A DNA stretch of 64,000 nucleotides. Source: Acholeplasmatales bacterium. Its GTDB lineage: Bacteria > Bacillota_I > Bacilli_A > Acholeplasmatales > JAEDCM01. The stretch spans positions 3,119 to 67,118 of the forward strand of contig JAGCWW010000003.1 of assembly GCA_017961685.1 (NCBI GenBank), in the 5' to 3' direction. Position numbers and translations under genes: made by a program. Below, piece by piece: positions 61,697-64,000 of the stretch (within the stretch, counting starts at the first letter, position 1; each line of letters starts with the position of its first letter). The notes under the pieces were generated by a model. The model was not told the origin of the DNA and made no database searches. It was given only the letters and a program-made list of their open reading frames with translations.

Positions 61697-62363
61697 ATTT
61701 TTTCTTTTTTGGCATTTTAAGTAAGCCGATAATAATTGCGATTAGTGCTAGAGCACCTAAAGTAATTCTAATAGAAACTATTAAATATTTATCAAATGGT
61801 TCAACGAAAAATACATATGTTCCAAGAGTAATTAAGAAGATATTAAAATATTTGATTAATCCGTTTAATAAAGGATTTTTGAATAGTTTAATACCACCAT
61901 TAGAATGGTATCCTCTAATGATTTCAGTTAAACCAAAAATATAAATAACTAAGCCAATAGATCTACTTATATTTAAGAATTTAGAGTCTTTTGATTGAAG
62001 TAAAAATAGAGATATGATAACAATTAATGCAAGTTCAATAATTGTTAAGAAATTTATAAATTTAGTTTCCTTTTTCTTTAGGGCATAAGGTAGTAAGAAT
62101 AGTAAGGCATAACATAATATTACTATACCTAATATTAAATCAACCTTATCAACAATAAAATCTCTTGGTTTATCGAATAAAGTTAATATTAATAAAACAA
62201 TACATAAAACGCCTACTATTTCATAGAAAATAAAGAAGATTGTCTTTTTAGGTTTAATTGTTGTACTTACTTCTTTATCTTTATCTTCTACTACTTCTGA
62301 TTCTACTACTTCAGCTTCAGAATCAAGAGAAACTTCTTCGTCTTTATTTTTTCGTTTTTTCAT
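61695..62363 (-). CDS. Hypothetical multi-TM membrane protein with acidic N-terminus
   Basis: About six hydrophobic segments; overlaps the galU end. Confidence 0.75.
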   Translation of the reverse strand: MKKRKNKDEEVSLDSEAEVVESEVVEDKDKEVSTTIKPKKTIFFIFYEIVGVLCIVLLILTLFDKPRDFIVDKVDLILGIVILCYALLFLLPYALKKKETKFINFLTIIELALIVIISLFLLQSKDSKFLNISRSIGLVIYIFGLTEIIRGYHSNGGIKLFKNPLLNGLIKYFNIFLITLGTYVFFVEPFDKYLIVSIRITLGALALIAIIIGLLKMPKKKK

Positions 62364-63210
62364 TTATTAATTCTTGAATAGCCTCTTTAATATCAGCTCT
62401 TGATAACGAATAATCTAGTGTAGCTTCAACGAATCCTACTACTGAACCTATATCATAACGTTTACCAGTAATTTCATATGAATATATATCTCTTTTTTCG
62501 CTTAATCTCTTAATTGCATCTGTTAATTGTATTTCATTACCTGCACCACGCTCTTGTGTTTCAAGTAGTGGGAAGATATCTGGTGTTAGAATATATCTAC
62601 CACTAATAGCTTTTTTACTTGGTGCCCTATCAATAGATGGTTTTTCAACTAAGTCAATAACCTTAGTTAATTTTTCATCATCAACTGTTTTACAAATACC
62701 ATAGCTTGAAACTTCTTTAAGTAAGACTTGTTTAACACCTAAAATAGGTGAATCTACTTCTTCATAAGCTTCAATTAATTGCTTAATAGCGGGCTTTCTA
62801 CATCTCCATAAGTCATCACCTAAAAGTAGGGCAAATGGATCGTTTCCGGCAAATGATTTAGCGCATAAAACCGCATGTCCTAAGCCGATTAATTCTTTTT
62901 GTCTAACAAAATAAATATTTACTTTATCTAGTAATCCTGTTATTTCTTCATATTCTTTAAGCTTGTTTTTCTCTTTTAATTTATATTCAAGTTCAAAGTT
63001 TCTATCGAAGTGATTAATAATAGAATTTTTGTTTGCACTAACAATAATTAAAATATCAGTTATACCTGCATCTACGCATTCTCTAACAATATATTCAATT
63101 GTTGGAGTATCGACAATTGGAAGCATCTCCTTTGGAATTGCTTTTGTAACAGGTAAAAAACGCATACCATAACCAGCAGCTGGAATAACAGCTTTTGTGA
63201 CTTTAGACAT
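62344..63210 (-). CDS. galU: UTP-glucose-1-phosphate uridylyltransferase
   Basis: KAVIPAAGYGMRFLPVTKAIPKEMLP, GLGHA, VEKP, EIQLTDAI. Confidence 0.96.
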   Translation of the reverse strand: MSKVTKAVIPAAGYGMRFLPVTKAIPKEMLPIVDTPTIEYIVRECVDAGITDILIIVSANKNSIINHFDRNFELEYKLKEKNKLKEYEEITGLLDKVNIYFVRQKELIGLGHAVLCAKSFAGNDPFALLLGDDLWRCRKPAIKQLIEAYEEVDSPILGVKQVLLKEVSSYGICKTVDDEKLTKVIDLVEKPSIDRAPSKKAISGRYILTPDIFPLLETQERGAGNEIQLTDAIKRLSEKRDIYSYEITGKRYDIGSVVGFVEATLDYSLSRADIKEAIQELINEKTKK

Positions 63211-63221
63211 CCAATCCCCTC

Positions 63222-64000
63222 CTATACGTGTTTTTGACTACCCTTTACCATCATAGGGCTAGTAACTATTTCATCAAATTCTTGAGCTTTACCAAATAAG
63301 AATCCTTGGTAGTAATCTACCTTTAATTCTTTTAATCTTTCAAATGAGTCTTGATCTTCAATAAATTCACATAATACCTTAAATTGAATATTAGCATATT
63401 TTTGTCCACGTTTACCAAGTTCTCTTATATTACCAATTATATCATAAACTTGTTCATTTTCTTTTGCTTTCTTTACTAAATCTCCATCAATCTTAACTAA
63501 TTCGAAGGCATTAGTTTGGAAATATTTCATTGATGTTTGACCTGCGCCATAATCATCAATAGCAAAATCAAATCCTTTTTCTTTTAATTCACAAATCTTA
63601 TTTAAAGCTAAATCTTCATTTGTGAATTCATCTTCTTCTGTAATTTCAATAACAAATCCACTTGGATCTATATCATAACGATTAAACATTTCCATTAAAT
63701 CATCAATGAAAGACTCTTTTTCTAAGCAAGTCATTGAAATATTAAATGTGATAAATGATTTACATTTCTTTCTATCTACATTAAGTAGCATATTTTCCCA
63801 TAGATAAGAGTTTATTTCATATTCTAAGCCTGCGCTTCTAGCAAGTTCTATTGCTAGTGGTGGAATAACATAATTTTCTTCATACCACCAACGCATTAAG
63901 CATTCCATACCTTTAATTTCAAAGTATGTAGGTTTTCCAGATTCATCAAAATCAACATGGTTACCAACAATAGGTTGGAAATAACTCTTAATTTTAAGTT
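63222..64000 (-). CDS. EAL-domain protein, C-terminal part; starts beyond the window end
   Basis: Frame open to 63998 (LKIKSYFQPIV...GMECLMRW); EITE, IDDYGAG, KID, CEFIE, YQGFLFGK. Confidence 0.88.
   Translation of the reverse strand, partial: LKIKSYFQPIVGNHVDFDESGKPTYFEIKGMECLMRWWYEENYVIPPLAIELARSAGLEYEINSYLWENMLLNVDRKKCKSFITFNISMTCLEKESFIDDLMEMFNRYDIDPSGFVIEITEEDEFTNEDLALNKICELKEKGFDFAIDDYGAGQTSMKYFQTNAFELVKIDGDLVKKAKENEQVYDIIGNIRELGKRGQKYANIQFKVLCEFIEDQDSFERLKELKVDYYQGFLFGKAQEFDEIVTSPMMVKGSQKHV

Overview
AT-rich (by eye roughly 25-30% GC), gene-dense bacterial chromosome segment with almost all genes on the minus strand. TGA is used as stop (standard code). The gene set, the Firmicutes-type synteny (truB-ribF...rpsO, rnhC divergent from mutS2, apt-rel-dtd...hisS-aspS) and a PotA with a large coiled-coil insert suggest an Acholeplasmatales/Anaeroplasma-like or related gut/rumen Bacilli lineage (inference). 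Contents: a partial beta-propeller sensor, Sfp-like PPTase, rpsO, the potRABCD operon, a c-di-GMP/phosphatase operon, an ABC exporter, ribF/truB/mutS2/rnhC, an accessory island (Fic; XRE-HTH + unknown + HEPN), a PyrR-attenuated pyr operon, three large surface proteins, a long lipid/translation operon, apt-rel-dtd, a DEAD-box helicase, galU and a partial EAL protein. No rRNA, tRNA, CRISPR array, transposase or integrase was seen. Best leads: (1) a translationally coupled XRE/ankyrin-like + unknown + HEPN (RNYYAH) three-gene cassette next to a Fic gene, a candidate defence or toxin system; (2) CarA lacking its whole glutaminase triad inside an intact pyr operon; (3) an apparent diverged copy of the pyr attenuator in front of a FecR-domain/lipoprotein operon; (4) an apparent ATT start for dtd; (5) a chain of four overlapping mini-ORFs in an ABC-exporter leader. 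All family calls come from motif recognition by eye, not database searches.
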